Part shown: positions 52,911 through 64,000 of the stretch, one piece after another
How positions within the stretch are numbered: the first letter of the stretch is position 1
Layout of the letters: each line of letters opens with the position of its first letter
NCBI RefSeq assembly: GCF_009834535.1
Contig: NC_045696.1
Location: 24,058,001-24,122,000, forward strand
DNA length: 64,000 nt
Direction: 5' to 3'
Source of the DNA: Camelus ferus
Taxonomy: Eukaryota
Translations under genes and position numbers: made by a program
Notes under the pieces: model-generated
Database searches by the model: none
Seen by the model: the letters and a program-made list of their open reading frames with translations, nothing else
Told to the model about the DNA's origin: nothing

Positions 52911-53265
52911 TGCGAGAGACTGAATGTTTATGACCTACCAAAATTCATATATTAAAATCCTAACCCCTAATGTGACTGTGCCACGAGGTGGGTCTTTGGA
53001 AAGTGAAACGGTCCTGGGAGCGGAAGCCTCAAGAACGGAATTAGTGCTCTTATAAAAGAGACCCAGAGAGCTCCCTCCCCTTCTGCCATGTGAGGACCCC
53101 GGGAGAAAATGACATCGAGGAGCCAGGAAGTGGGCTCCCACCAGGCAGAGCCTCTGACGGCACTCTGATCTCGGGCTTCCCAGCCTCCAGAACTGTGAGA
53201 AATTAATTCCTGTTGTTTATCAGCCACCAGTCTAATATCCTGTTACGGTGGCTAAGCCACTAAGT
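52911..53265 (+). mobile_element. ERVL-MaLR solo LTR, MLT1A0-like
   Basis: gactgaatgttt...caaaattcatatattaaaatcctaacccc...attagtgctcttataaaagagacccagagagctccct...ttcccagcctccagaactgtgagaaa. Confidence 0.9.
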
Positions 53266-53454
53266 AATTAACACAAATTTCTAGGCAGAGAGAAGATCGC
53301 CCCTCATTTCTCAGGAATGCATGCATTCTCTGTATAAAGACATACCCAGCATTTATTCTTTCAAAAGAACACAGATACGCAAGACAGGGTTGAACATTGT
53401 CTTTTCAAGACACTTAGGATGCTGAGTCCTCTTGTGGGTTAGGACAGTTGTCAG

Positions 53455-53660
53455 CAGCATTTATTTGGTGCCTGTTGGCTTCTGGTCACAACGTTAGATT
53501 GGTTATTCATGTTAACACACTTTGTTCTCACATTAAATTAAGTCAGCGAGTAGGAACCGTGACATTCGTCCCATAGAGGAGGGAAGTGAGACTCAAAGGT
53601 TTGAAGTAACTTGCCCAACTTGCCCGGAAAGTGGGTGAGCCAGAATGTGAGGACAGGTCA
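53455..53660 (-). mobile_element. MIR SINE (degraded)
   Basis: catagaggagggaagtgagactcaaaggtttgaagtaacttgcccaa. Confidence 0.6.
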
Positions 53661-54522
53661 GCGTGAAACTCTCGAGTGTGTCTGTGATGGGGGAAGCAAA
53701 GGAAGGGCAATTTATATAACATGTGCCATTTGACCAAATTATCCTGTTAAATAGTCTTGAAAAGCCGATTAAAACTGCTGATTGATCTGTTGAAAAGTAT
53801 TATGCCTGGGGAGAACAATCAGCCAAGAAAACAAGATGTTCTGATGAACAACGGCCCTCGCATGTAATGATTACGCTGCTTTTGAAAGGCAGGTGATGAT
53901 AACTCTGTAAGAAACCTCATAGTGGTTTATTTTAAATTAACCTCCTCCTGTTTCCTATTTGGAAAACGATATCCTTATTTATCATTCTGGAGCTGTTTGC
54001 CGGCCTCACCTTCTAATGTTTATTACCAGGAATTGTTTTGTGATGGCTGATTGCCCCAGATCAAGTATGGCAAGATAAACTTGCCTTTGGTGAAAACCTC
54101 TTGGGGGATTGACGAAGTCATTAGGATAAACCAAAATGCAAACACCTCATGTGTAAATAGTGGTACCATGTAGAAGTTCAGTTTGTCTTATTTAAACACA
54201 ATAAAATTATACTCATTTATAAATGCCCTAATTCCACTAGTGGGAAGGCAAGTACCAAAAGCACTTTTAGAACGTGAAACTTCTTTTGTTAACCTAAATT
54301 CATGTTAATCTTTATTTTTAATAATTTTAATAGTTTACTAATTTTTAATATTTTTTTGATTTTTTATTTAAAAAATTATTTTTTAAAATTCAAAATTTTA
54401 ATAATATTTTTAAATAATTTACTAAGTTTACCTGTTTACTGCATTGTGAACCACTAATACAAACATAGCACCTATTCTTAAGATATACATTGCTGAATGT
54501 TTGAATTTGAAAATACGTAATC

Positions 54523-54956
54523 TGTGTCTTGTTCCAGATTTTAGTGGGAAGGCTTTCAACATTTCACCATTTATGTCATAAATAGCTTTTATTATGTTGA
54601 GATATGTTTATGTTAAATCTAAAAAAAAAAAAAAGACAAACTTATTTGCAAAATGAACAGACTCACAGACATAGAAAACAAACTTACGGTTACCAGTGGG
54701 GAAAGGGGGTGGGAAGGGATAAACTGGGGTTTGAGATTTGCAGATACTAACTACTATATATAAAATAGATAAACAGCAAGTGTCTTCAGTACAGCACAGG
54801 GAACTATATTCACTATCTTGTAGTAACCTATAAAAGAATATGAAGATGAATATATGTATGTATGTGTATGACTAAAACATGCTGTACACCAGAAACTGAC
54901 AACATTGTAAACTGACCATATTTCAATTAAAAAATAAATAAATGAAAAGAAAAAAA
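54523..54956 (+). mobile_element. 5'-inverted truncated L1: antisense ORF2 RT fragment (54523-54608) plus sense 3' UTR and tail (54609-54956)
   Basis: Both pieces lie inside one 14-bp TSD, gaaaatacgtaatc (54509-54522) / gaaaatacataatc (54957-54970). The inverted piece resembles the antisense ORF2 at about 41737-41836 in this window. Confidence 0.88.
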
Positions 54957-57799
54957 GAAAATACATAATCAGAGTCAGCCTTCTTGCAGAAAGGGAACAC
55001 AGAGATGTTGAGTAGCTATTAGGTGTCAGTGTTCGAGAGCTGACTGAGGCATCTGACTCCCAGGCTAATGCTCATTCTAGAAAACCATACTCTGAAATGG
55101 CAAAATCATCATTTTACTTAGGTAAAATCTGTTCTCTCTTGGGGTACTATTTCTTGACATGACACAGATAATCGGCTTTTCAGTATGTTAGGGAGATCCT
55201 GGGAAGTGGGAACTGCGTCATGTACAGTTTTGAGTCCCCACAGTGCTTACTCATTTCAGTGGTGCTTTGCAGACCACTGATTTGTGGATTTTACCCAAAC
55301 CCTCCTATGCGCATCATCTCAGCTCAGGTTGAAAGGGAATGTTGGTCTATGAATGATATTTTTTCAGTCTGTAGAAAACACAAACACTGGAAATCTAACC
55401 TATTTTTTGTTACATCTGATATCAAAGTAGTGTTTTGTGATCCTTCACTGAAGAAAACATTTTCTCCTCTCTCCCTTAGATATAGGGTTAAAAACATTTG
55501 TTCAGTTGACTTCATTCTTTGGTGTTTGAACATCAACAGGATACACGCACTGGGATATTTTCCCAAGGTATTTTGCATCATTGACCACAAAATCAGTTAA
55601 ATATGGTGGTCTTAAGTGAAAAACAAACACTATTTTCCCCCTTCAGTGGACTAGCGAGAGGAACAGAAACCTATACTATCTACTAAGACTTGTTCTTAAA
55701 TGACTCATGGACTTTCAAGTTAGCACGTTCCCACAGCAAATGTGATTGGGGAAGGGATGGCTTGACACCTTAGCTGTTACCATTCTCCCATCAGCTGTCA
55801 CTGCAGCCTGAAGCATCCCGGAGCCCAGGTGCTGGCAGCTCTGGTGAGGAGGGCAGGCAGAGATTGGATTACTCAGTGACAGCTGAATCTTTCCAAGAGA
55901 ATTAGCTACCTAATTCCTCTAATGAGAATGTACCTTTTATAAATATTGGAAGAGGAATAAAAGTGGAAGTAGAATTGGTGCTTTTACCAAGACTCAACAA
56001 GCTTCCTGATTCTGATGCCGAAGCAGTTTTTAAAAAGACATAACTATACATTCCTTGATCCAGGGAAGGCTTTAAAATCTCTGTGCATGAGGCTATAAAT
56101 GCTCAGTCCTTCTCGCTAACCCTGCATTAAGCATTCTTAATCCAAACCATAGAAAATTTAACTGATACTCAATTGTGTTTCTCGGAAGTAATTTCTTATT
56201 TTATTTCTCCCTCTTCTTGTCGCTCTCACACTGATCTTCACAGAAAGTCATACAAATGGGGAACCAGAGTCACCTAAAAGCTAGATGACATGCCATCATG
56301 AAATCTGTCTTCTCTCTTTAAGGATTTGATAGTTAAACTAGGTGACATTTCAAGTCTTTCTTGCCCCCATGTCCTGTGAGATTCCAGGTTTAACTGTTAC
56401 GATTCCGTACATATTCACTCTGGCTCTTAAAATCAAATCTGCCCCCTGCTTGTGCTCTTCCTCCTCTCAACATGAGAGATCTGGCCCTCTCTCTTCAGTA
56501 TGTCGCATTGTATGGATCTCATGAAGGATCAAGTTATTTTTCAATACGTCACGCTGATACGTACAGTTCATGTAACCACCTCGAATGTGCACCAGGAATG
56601 CAAACGCTCTACTGCCCAATAGAAAGATTGAGCTCTTTCCTTTAAAAACCATTCCTCTCCAACAATCAAAACACAAAATCCTGACTAATCTTCCAGATAA
56701 TACATCCTTATCTTTCTGACTTTGAGAAATATACGCCATGTTCACTTTCTTTTCTCTTGCTCTTTTATAGTGCTCTGTATTCTAAGTAGTTGTCTCCATA
56801 TTCTGGCATCATTGGGAATTTGTTTTAAATAATGTATTCCCTTTAGGTTAAAACATTACTTGAGCTGAGAGTTTTTTTCCCCATCATTTTGCATCTTCAC
56901 ACTTCAATATATTGGGAATTGAAGGGAGTACAGGATTAAGTCACTAATGAGGCTTTTTCTCCTTTAAAGATACTCTCAGGGTTATAGCTTCCAATTGTGG
57001 GAATCTCTGACTGAAATTACCTGTTCTCATCCTCTGAAGGCAACAATTAGAGGAGTAAGATCCTCCCCATCATCTTCTTGCCTCCCCCACAGATTTGAGG
57101 ATATATTGTTCTATTTATTCTGTTAACATCAAGCTGGGAATTCTATCAGGTTGTGAGCTGGGAGTATTGACCCAGGAGTGGGGATCCACTCTAATTACTA
57201 CCTTCTTAGAACAAGAATTGAAGATAATTACTTATCTTGTTTTCAATTAAATAACTTAGTTCTCTTTAGTCCTGTAATACCTTAAGGCCTCGAAAATGGA
57301 GCTGGTGGAATCTTATTGTTAACAGCTTCCCCTCCACCTTCCATCTGCATTTACACTAAATGATGTGCTTATGTAAACGGGTAATACTTTAATCTCTTGT
57401 TCCCTTATTATTTTGTATAAAACTCTTTTGATTTACCTTTGCTAAACTGTGGAACAGCAGGTCCTTAAGACTTTTTTTTCATTCTAGAAGATGTATATTT
57501 TTCATGGTTTGCTCTTTTTAAAAATCAGTTTTTCTTAATTGTATAGAAAAGACTGTTTTCCTCTAGCGTTAAGAGATTACTTTTTTAATCTTAATATCCT
57601 CAAGCTCTGGTACAGTTCATACTAAACACTTAAGAGTAAGAGTGACAAGGGAAATGACTTGTCAGTTTGAAAAAATATCAAATATGATGAAGAAACCTTG
57701 CCCCAAACACTGTTGATTTCCAGTCCGATGACGATTCATCTCCCCAATTCCAACCACACCAACTTCTTCCTTTCTTCTGATGCCTACCTTTCTCTGCAG

Positions 57800-58230
57800 T
57801 TATATACTTAAGGGAAACTCACTCAAGCTCCAGTCTCAGGGTAAGTCCTAATCGGTCTGAGAAAAACATGATGGTCTCAGTGCTTATGCCCATGGCTGAA
57901 GCATGGCCCTATGACACATGTCTGGCTAATGAGCCAGACAGCTGCAAGGAAAATCAGTTTCTCCCCCAAAAGCTGTACATGGAAAAGGTAGCCCCTTTTT
58001 TTCTGCCCCTGGTCATTATTATATACAGATATGTCATTCAGACCTGGTACAGCCATTTTGAACCCTGACAGGAGCCAGCCATGAGAGAATCCAAGGCACA
58101 GAAGAGTTCAAAGCTGGATCCTGACTATACCATGCCTTCTGGACTTTTTGCTACAAGACATAATTAAAAGCCTTATTTGATCAAGTTGAATCAAGGTTTT
58201 CCATTACTTGAAGCTATAATCATCCTGATA
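57800..58230 (+). mobile_element. Old MLT1 (J/K-like) LTR
   Basis: tgacacatgtctggctaatgag...cagccattttgaaccctga...tctggactttttg...ggttttccattacttgaagc. Confidence 0.6.
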
Positions 58231-59109
58231 AAAAATTATTCCACATTTCTTTTATTTTTCTGGAAAGTCTAAAACCAAGACTTGAAACAGTGTATTGAGC
58301 CCTCCCTTGGGATCTTAGGTCTTGTAGAAAGCTATGAGAAAACATAAGGAGGAAGTCAAAATTAGGTTATATTTGCATAAATGTAGCAAAACAGATCTAA
58401 CCAAAATATTTAGTTTAAAATACCCTCACAATTCCAAAATATTGGCTTTAAAAAGCAGCAACAAAAATTTCATTTTTCCCCCTTTATGTTCCTAACTCTT
58501 GGCCAACTCTTGAGAATGTGGGATGACCACAGGGATGAGGAACGATGGAATCTTCCAGTCCCCGTTGCCCACTGCCATACATGTGCATGTCCCATTCCAG
58601 CCTGAAGAATCAGGAGCTCTTGCTGTGCACATTACAAGGGGAAGCAAGAGGTAGAGATTTCATTTTTGCCCTTCCTTATGGTGTTGCTTGTACAGGCAGA
58701 CTATCACTGAGTACACACTCTTCAGTTCTCATGTGAAGGAAGGGGATCTGTACCACTTTACTTTAAAACACATAGCAGAAAGAACTTGATGCAATTCCTC
58801 ACCTCGTTTTGCAAATCTGCTGGCATGAGAAGTCTTAGTAATGGACTTGGATGTGTCCTAGACTTTATTGTGCCAATATCAATTGAATTAAGACTTCGAA
58901 CCTTTTCAGGGAACTTCCCATCCTTCATTTCAAATGAATGCACAGACTGCTTTCAGCTACTGAAGTGCTGGCCCTGAAATGAAAAATGAGTACCTCTCAG
59001 CTAAGGTGGATTGCAGAAATCCACAACATCAGATTTTGATCGAGATCCAAACTAAATTTTTTCTTGTGTGTATAAGCAATGATTTCTGCTCTTTCCAGAA
59101 TTTTACAGT

Positions 59110-59350
59110 GGGCTCTAGTGGAAAGAGCACTGGATTAGGACAGGAGTCCTGGATTCTAGGTTTTTGTTTTGTCCCTGTCACTTTATTCCTGAGTAACTAG
59201 GCGAATAGTTTTACCTCCTTGAGTTTCAGTTTCTTAATCTTTAAAAATGATAATAATGGATTTTGCCAAACAGTTTCTAAAAAGATTGCCATAAAAATCA
59301 ATATGATAAACACAAAAGTACTTTACAAATATCAGGTACCATTATTATTA
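59110..59350 (+). mobile_element. MIR SINE
   Basis: tagtggaaagagcactggattaggacaggagtcctggattctag...cttgagtttcagtttcttaatctttaaaaatg. Confidence 0.85.
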
Positions 59351-60769
59351 TTCCATCTCTTATTTGTGAGGAGATTTGAGGACATGTCCAGATTGACTGC
59401 ATTCTGAAGGGCTGAGATGCCGAACGTTGGTGTAAAGATAACCAGGCCTCCGTATTCACCCCCCCAGGTGGATATTTCCCAAGTATCATTTGATTCATGA
59501 CCTCTTTTTCTCCCCCCTTTTTAAAGTTAAGATGGTGTTAATTCATCAAAAGCCATTAAATTCTTATTATATCCTGATCCAGTTCTATGCTCTGAGATAC
59601 AGAAACATGTGAGAAGCTTACAGTCTAGTAGGGGAAAGGACCCAACCAGAAAATACAAATATAAGGCAGTAAGTAGGAAGACCACTGTATGGGCAGACAA
59701 CCATGGGAAATTAGAGACAGAATACTGGTTCCAATTTGAGGTTCTGGATCTCAAATGCTGAGAAACAGTATCATCTCATTTCTCCCTGATAAACAATCCT
59801 CATGGACCTTCTCAGATTTCCCAGTACAATACAGACAACATGAATCCCAGTACAAGCTTTCAAAGTTCTACAGATTTCTCCCATCTACCCCCACCCCCAG
59901 AAAGTTTTAAAACAGACGCAGAAGGAAGCTCACCAAATGATTAATTTTCATCTCAATTTTCATTATGTTGATAGCATTTTTGAGGGCAAGGGATATACCA
60001 GAGCCCTCCGAATGCCAAAAGGAGAATGAGGTTGCTGGCTGAGGGTGTGCGGAATAGGTTAAGAGGTGATGGCTAAGCTCGTTCTCCCTCCTCCTGAGAA
60101 TTCTGCAGAGAGCATGTTTTATGGGAGTCTTTAGCTGGAAGAGAAATTGAGACAAGGAGAAGGTGCATCATTTGCAAAAATTCTAATCATGGGAATCGGT
60201 GAAGAAGAAGAGGTAATAGAATTAAGAATCCTCATTTATAGCTTGCTGAATAATGACTTATGTTTTAAAAACAATTACTCTGAATATGTCATTTTATAAT
60301 TAGTAGACTTATAAGTAGAAGTAATAGAGGGTTTCTTTTCACCATCAATTCCTGGAGTCTCCACTAACACGTTGCTGTGGAGTTGAAAGTAAATACACAG
60401 ATGCATGTGTCTTATCTGATCCACTGATAGAATACTGGGAAATCCATGCTGTTATCTTGGAAGTTTATCCACCTTCTGGACCTGAAATCAGTGAATGAAT
60501 ACTTGTTTAGATAAAGACAAATCTGGACTTGAGAAAAAATTAAGCAACTATTTTGGAGATCTCGCTAAGTTTAATCATGGCATAAATAGTGAATGAACTT
60601 TTATGAACAGATTATATCACTGGTGACTCTAAACTAACCTCCAGTGGGACTCAGGCTCTTCTCTCCCCACACTGGTGTGTCTCCCTCCAGATTCAGCTGT
60701 CATCCTTATTGCCACGATGTGAAGAGATGAGCCACGTGTCTTAGAAACACAGAGATTGTTCTCTCTTCT

Positions 60770-61316
60770 GTGGTGTTCAGGTTACTACTGCTGCAGTTAC
60801 CTCCAAATTTAGCAGCTTAAAATGATGACTACAGTTTGCTCACAATTTTGTGGGTCAGGAATTCGTAAGCTGTTAGCTGGGTAGTTCTTGCTTGACTTTC
60901 CTTGTGAAATTGCAGTCAGATGTTGGTTACAGCTGAGGTCGTCTGAAGGCTCAACTGGACTGGCTGTCCAAAATGGTGCACTCACAGTTGAAGCAGACTG
61001 CGGTCTGGAGCTCAGCTGGACTGTTGGCTCTCCAGCATAGCAGTCTTGGAGCCATTGTGTCCTCATATAACATCTCAGGGCTCTAAAAAGTAAGTGTTCC
61101 ATCTAACAACAATATAAAAGCTCCATAGCCTTTTGTGGCTTATCCTCAGGAATCACACAATTGCTTCTAACACAATCTATTGGTTACAGAGATGATAAAA
61201 GCTCACTGAGATTCAGGGGAAGGGACTTAGACCTCATCTCTTGATTAGGGAGTGATGCAACTCTAGAAGAATACATGGGAAGATGTTGTTGTGGTCATCT
61301 TTGGAAAATACAACAT
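60770..61316 (-). mobile_element. ERVL-MaLR solo LTR (MLT1F/G/H-like)
   Basis: ctccaaatttagcagcttaaaa...gctcacaattttgtgggtcaggaattc...tctgaaggctcaactggactgg...catctttggaaaatacaa. Confidence 0.8.
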
Positions 61317-62064
61317 ATCAAAAGTGGTGAAACTCTGCTCTGCATGAATTTCAAGTCTGCTTACTATTTCTGCTCTCGAATATTCTATGATATGTCTAAT
61401 ATTGCTTTAGCTCATTTTAATGATTTTTCTAGTTCTTTTGATGTTTATTTTTCTTCCTTTTTGGGTTACATCAAAAAGAATCACTCAGTGGAATCCAGTT
61501 TGCTTGGATTTTGGATATAGGTTAGTCTCCACGTGAGGTTGTATTATTAAATTGTAGTGGATTCACAGTTTGCTCCCTTCACTTCTCCACTTCCATCAGG
61601 TGGCCTGCGTGTCTTCACCTGTGACTTGCCTCACTGAGATCAGATCAGGTCTGGGAAGGAATTCTGAAGGTTCTTCACACTGCAGGGCTCCTGACTCACC
61701 ATCATGCTCACTATTGCCTTTGATTCCCTGTGTCTGTTCCTCAGAACCCGTCTAGATGCAGAAATACTGTAGCTCAGACTGTCTCATAATTTAGTCTCTG
61801 GAGTCCTCACTCCTATTTTTGAACCTAAAATTCCTTGGGCTCTGTACCTGGGGGCCTATTTGGACATCTAGGACTCACCTGTCTTTTCCTGCCTTAATAA
61901 CATCCTTGAACTTGACCTCTGGTGTCTGTCCCTATCATGTGGAACTCTAGTTCTTGACCCTGGATGAATTATCTTAGGAATGGGAGTAGGAAGCTTGTTT
62001 GTTTATTGTTCTTCCAAAAGACATTTTAAGACTGAATGTTATCTTAATCTAAGATTGTTTTGTG

Positions 62065-62300
62065 ATAGCAACATGATGATTAAGAGCTTAGGATTCAGAA
62101 TTTGATAATCTAAGACTTGAATCCTGGGCATGTTATTCCCTAGGTCTCAGTTTTATTATCTTTAAAATGCATATGATATTAGAATCTACAATATAGGGTT
62201 GTTATGAAAAATAAATGAGATAATGAGGCTCTATCACTTGGTCTAGTAACTGTACTTAGTGAATATCCAAATATATTAATTGTCATCATCATCACCATCA
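62065..62300 (+). mobile_element. MIR SINE
   Basis: gattaagagcttaggattcag...ttgaatcctgg...tctcagttttattatctttaaaatg...atagggttgttatgaaaaataaatgagataat. Confidence 0.85.
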
Positions 62301-63339
62301 TGGTTTCAGGTAGGAGCTTTACTTTTTAGCTTTGTGTAACCAGCACCATAACAGTACTGCTATAGTAAGCCCTTATCATTGAATTAATAAACTGTGTATC
62401 TGTTGAATCCCTACAAAAGATAAGCTGAACGAAAAATCATAAACTTCCGTCAAAACCAAAATTATTCTGATGACACACCTAGATATTAAAAAAAAAGTTA
62501 TTCCCCTAAGATTGGTATCATTGAGGTGATCTGGAATGTATGCTGTGGGCCTGAGAAAGTTGAGAGGAGGAATGTGGCTCACCAGTGGTGGAAGGAAGTC
62601 CAGCCAAACTCCTGGAATGCTGTGTCTTGATATTTACAGATAAGTGGAGGGCATCTGGACAAGCATATGGCATCACCAAAGCTCCACAACACTGCAAGGC
62701 AAGGCAAGAAGTATTGAGTGGGGATCAGCATCTGGGAAGACAATCCAGGACCCAACAGGAGCCAAGGACCAAATCCTCATGCCTGGAAAATCCCTGAAAA
62801 GGATCCCAGGCAAGGTCTCAGTTCAAACAGACTGCATCTTAGGCTAAGGGCTTGGGTACAAGAGTAGAAGTCAGGGGACAAGAACTGCAAGGGCAGCTTG
62901 GGATTTAGACTGAAGAATATGGCTTACATGCAAATTCTAGATCAGAACAAGACTAGCAGAAAAGTAGAAATGCTAAGTCCTAGAAGTATCAAACTCAAGT
63001 TCAATAAATGTCCCCATCAAAAACAAGATTGATTTTAGATCCTAGGGCAGAACTCAGTCTGCAGATAGAACCACATGACCCCTGATGTGAGGAAGGAAGA
63101 TTTGAGAAAACATTGCATTTTTAAATTAGATTTTTCTTTCATTTCGCATCTGCAGCAAATCTCTATTAGAAAATCATTTCAGACATTCTCTAGGTGGGAG
63201 AATGAACTAAGGTTAAAGTTAGGATTAATTTACTAATGTGCTGGTTTGTGTGGTCCATTCCATGCATTCCCACAGTAGCTTGCAGATATTTCTCTCTCTC
63301 TCTTCCTCTCTTTCTTTCTTTTGTTTTCCCTTTCTTACT

Positions 63340-63880
63340 CTATGTATAACTTATAATTTACATACCATCCAATTCATTCATTCCAAATGTACAACTCAGT
63401 GATTTTCAGTATACTCACAGAGTTGTTCAGCCATTACTACAATAAATTTTGGAATATTCCCATCACCCCAAAAAGAAACCTCATACCCATTAGCCGTCAC
63501 TCTCCACTCCCACCCCCTCCACCTAGCCTCTGGCAATTACTAATCTACATTCTGTTTCTATGGATTTGCATATTCTGGAAGTTTCATATAAATTCAATCA
63601 TACAGTACATGGTCTTTTGTGATTGGTTTCTTTCACTTAGCATAATGTTTTCAAGTTTCATCCATGTTGTAACAAGAATCAGTACTTCATTCTTTTTCAG
63701 GGCTGAATAATATTCCACTGTATAAATACACTACTTTTTATTTATCCAGTCAGCAATTGATGGACATTTGTGTTGTTCCTACTTTCTGGATGCTATGAGT
63801 AATGCTGCTAGGAATATTTATATGTGAGTTTTTGTGTAGACATATTTTCAATTCTCTTTGGCATATATATAGGAGTAAAA
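63340..63880 (-). mobile_element. L1MB-like 3' UTR
   Basis: tgtacaactcagtgattttcagtata...catcaccccaaaaagaaacctcatacccattagccgtcact...ttcacttagcataatgttttcaag. Confidence 0.88.
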
Positions 63881-64000
63881 TAGATATCACTCTTTAAAAT
63901 TCTTATTAAACAAACTAAGGTCCTTTAAAAATTATTTCAGTGAGTATTTGATAATTGCCTCTCCCATCCCAGGTACTCCTTTTTAGTCCTAGAGTACAAA

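Noticed and set aside
1..64000. CRISPR arrays, operons, prokaryotic defence systems or endogenous non-retroviral virus genes
   Set aside because: The sequence is mammalian repeat-rich non-coding DNA. I saw no regularly spaced repeat-spacer array and no long or recognisable viral ORF. A TBLASTX against viral proteins would be needed to exclude very degraded inserts.

Overview
AT-rich, CpG-depleted mammalian non-coding DNA (intergenic or deep intronic). It is most likely from a camelid: it carries two tRNA-Ala-derived Vic-1-type SINEs and I saw no ruminant, pig, primate or carnivore SINEs. I found no protein-coding gene or functional RNA gene that I can recognise. The only ORFs with recognisable homology are fragments of a decayed L1 ORF2 at about 40-42.8 kb. 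Much of the window is layered transposon fossils: L2, MIR, HAL1/L1M, MaLR/ERVL/ERV1 solo LTRs, hAT MITEs and younger L1 3' ends with clear TSDs. The most notable observations are: an L1 that keeps both termini but has lost ORF1 and the endonuclease domain; a 5'-inverted (twin-primed) L1; a CpG-gaining patch inside an old MLT1 LTR; a degenerate long hairpin in repeat-free, motif-rich DNA; and two candidate spliced-exon structures. I cannot support a claim of a novel biological system here. Repeat family names come from recalled consensus similarity and need Dfam/RepeatMasker confirmation. Boundaries of old repeats are approximate.
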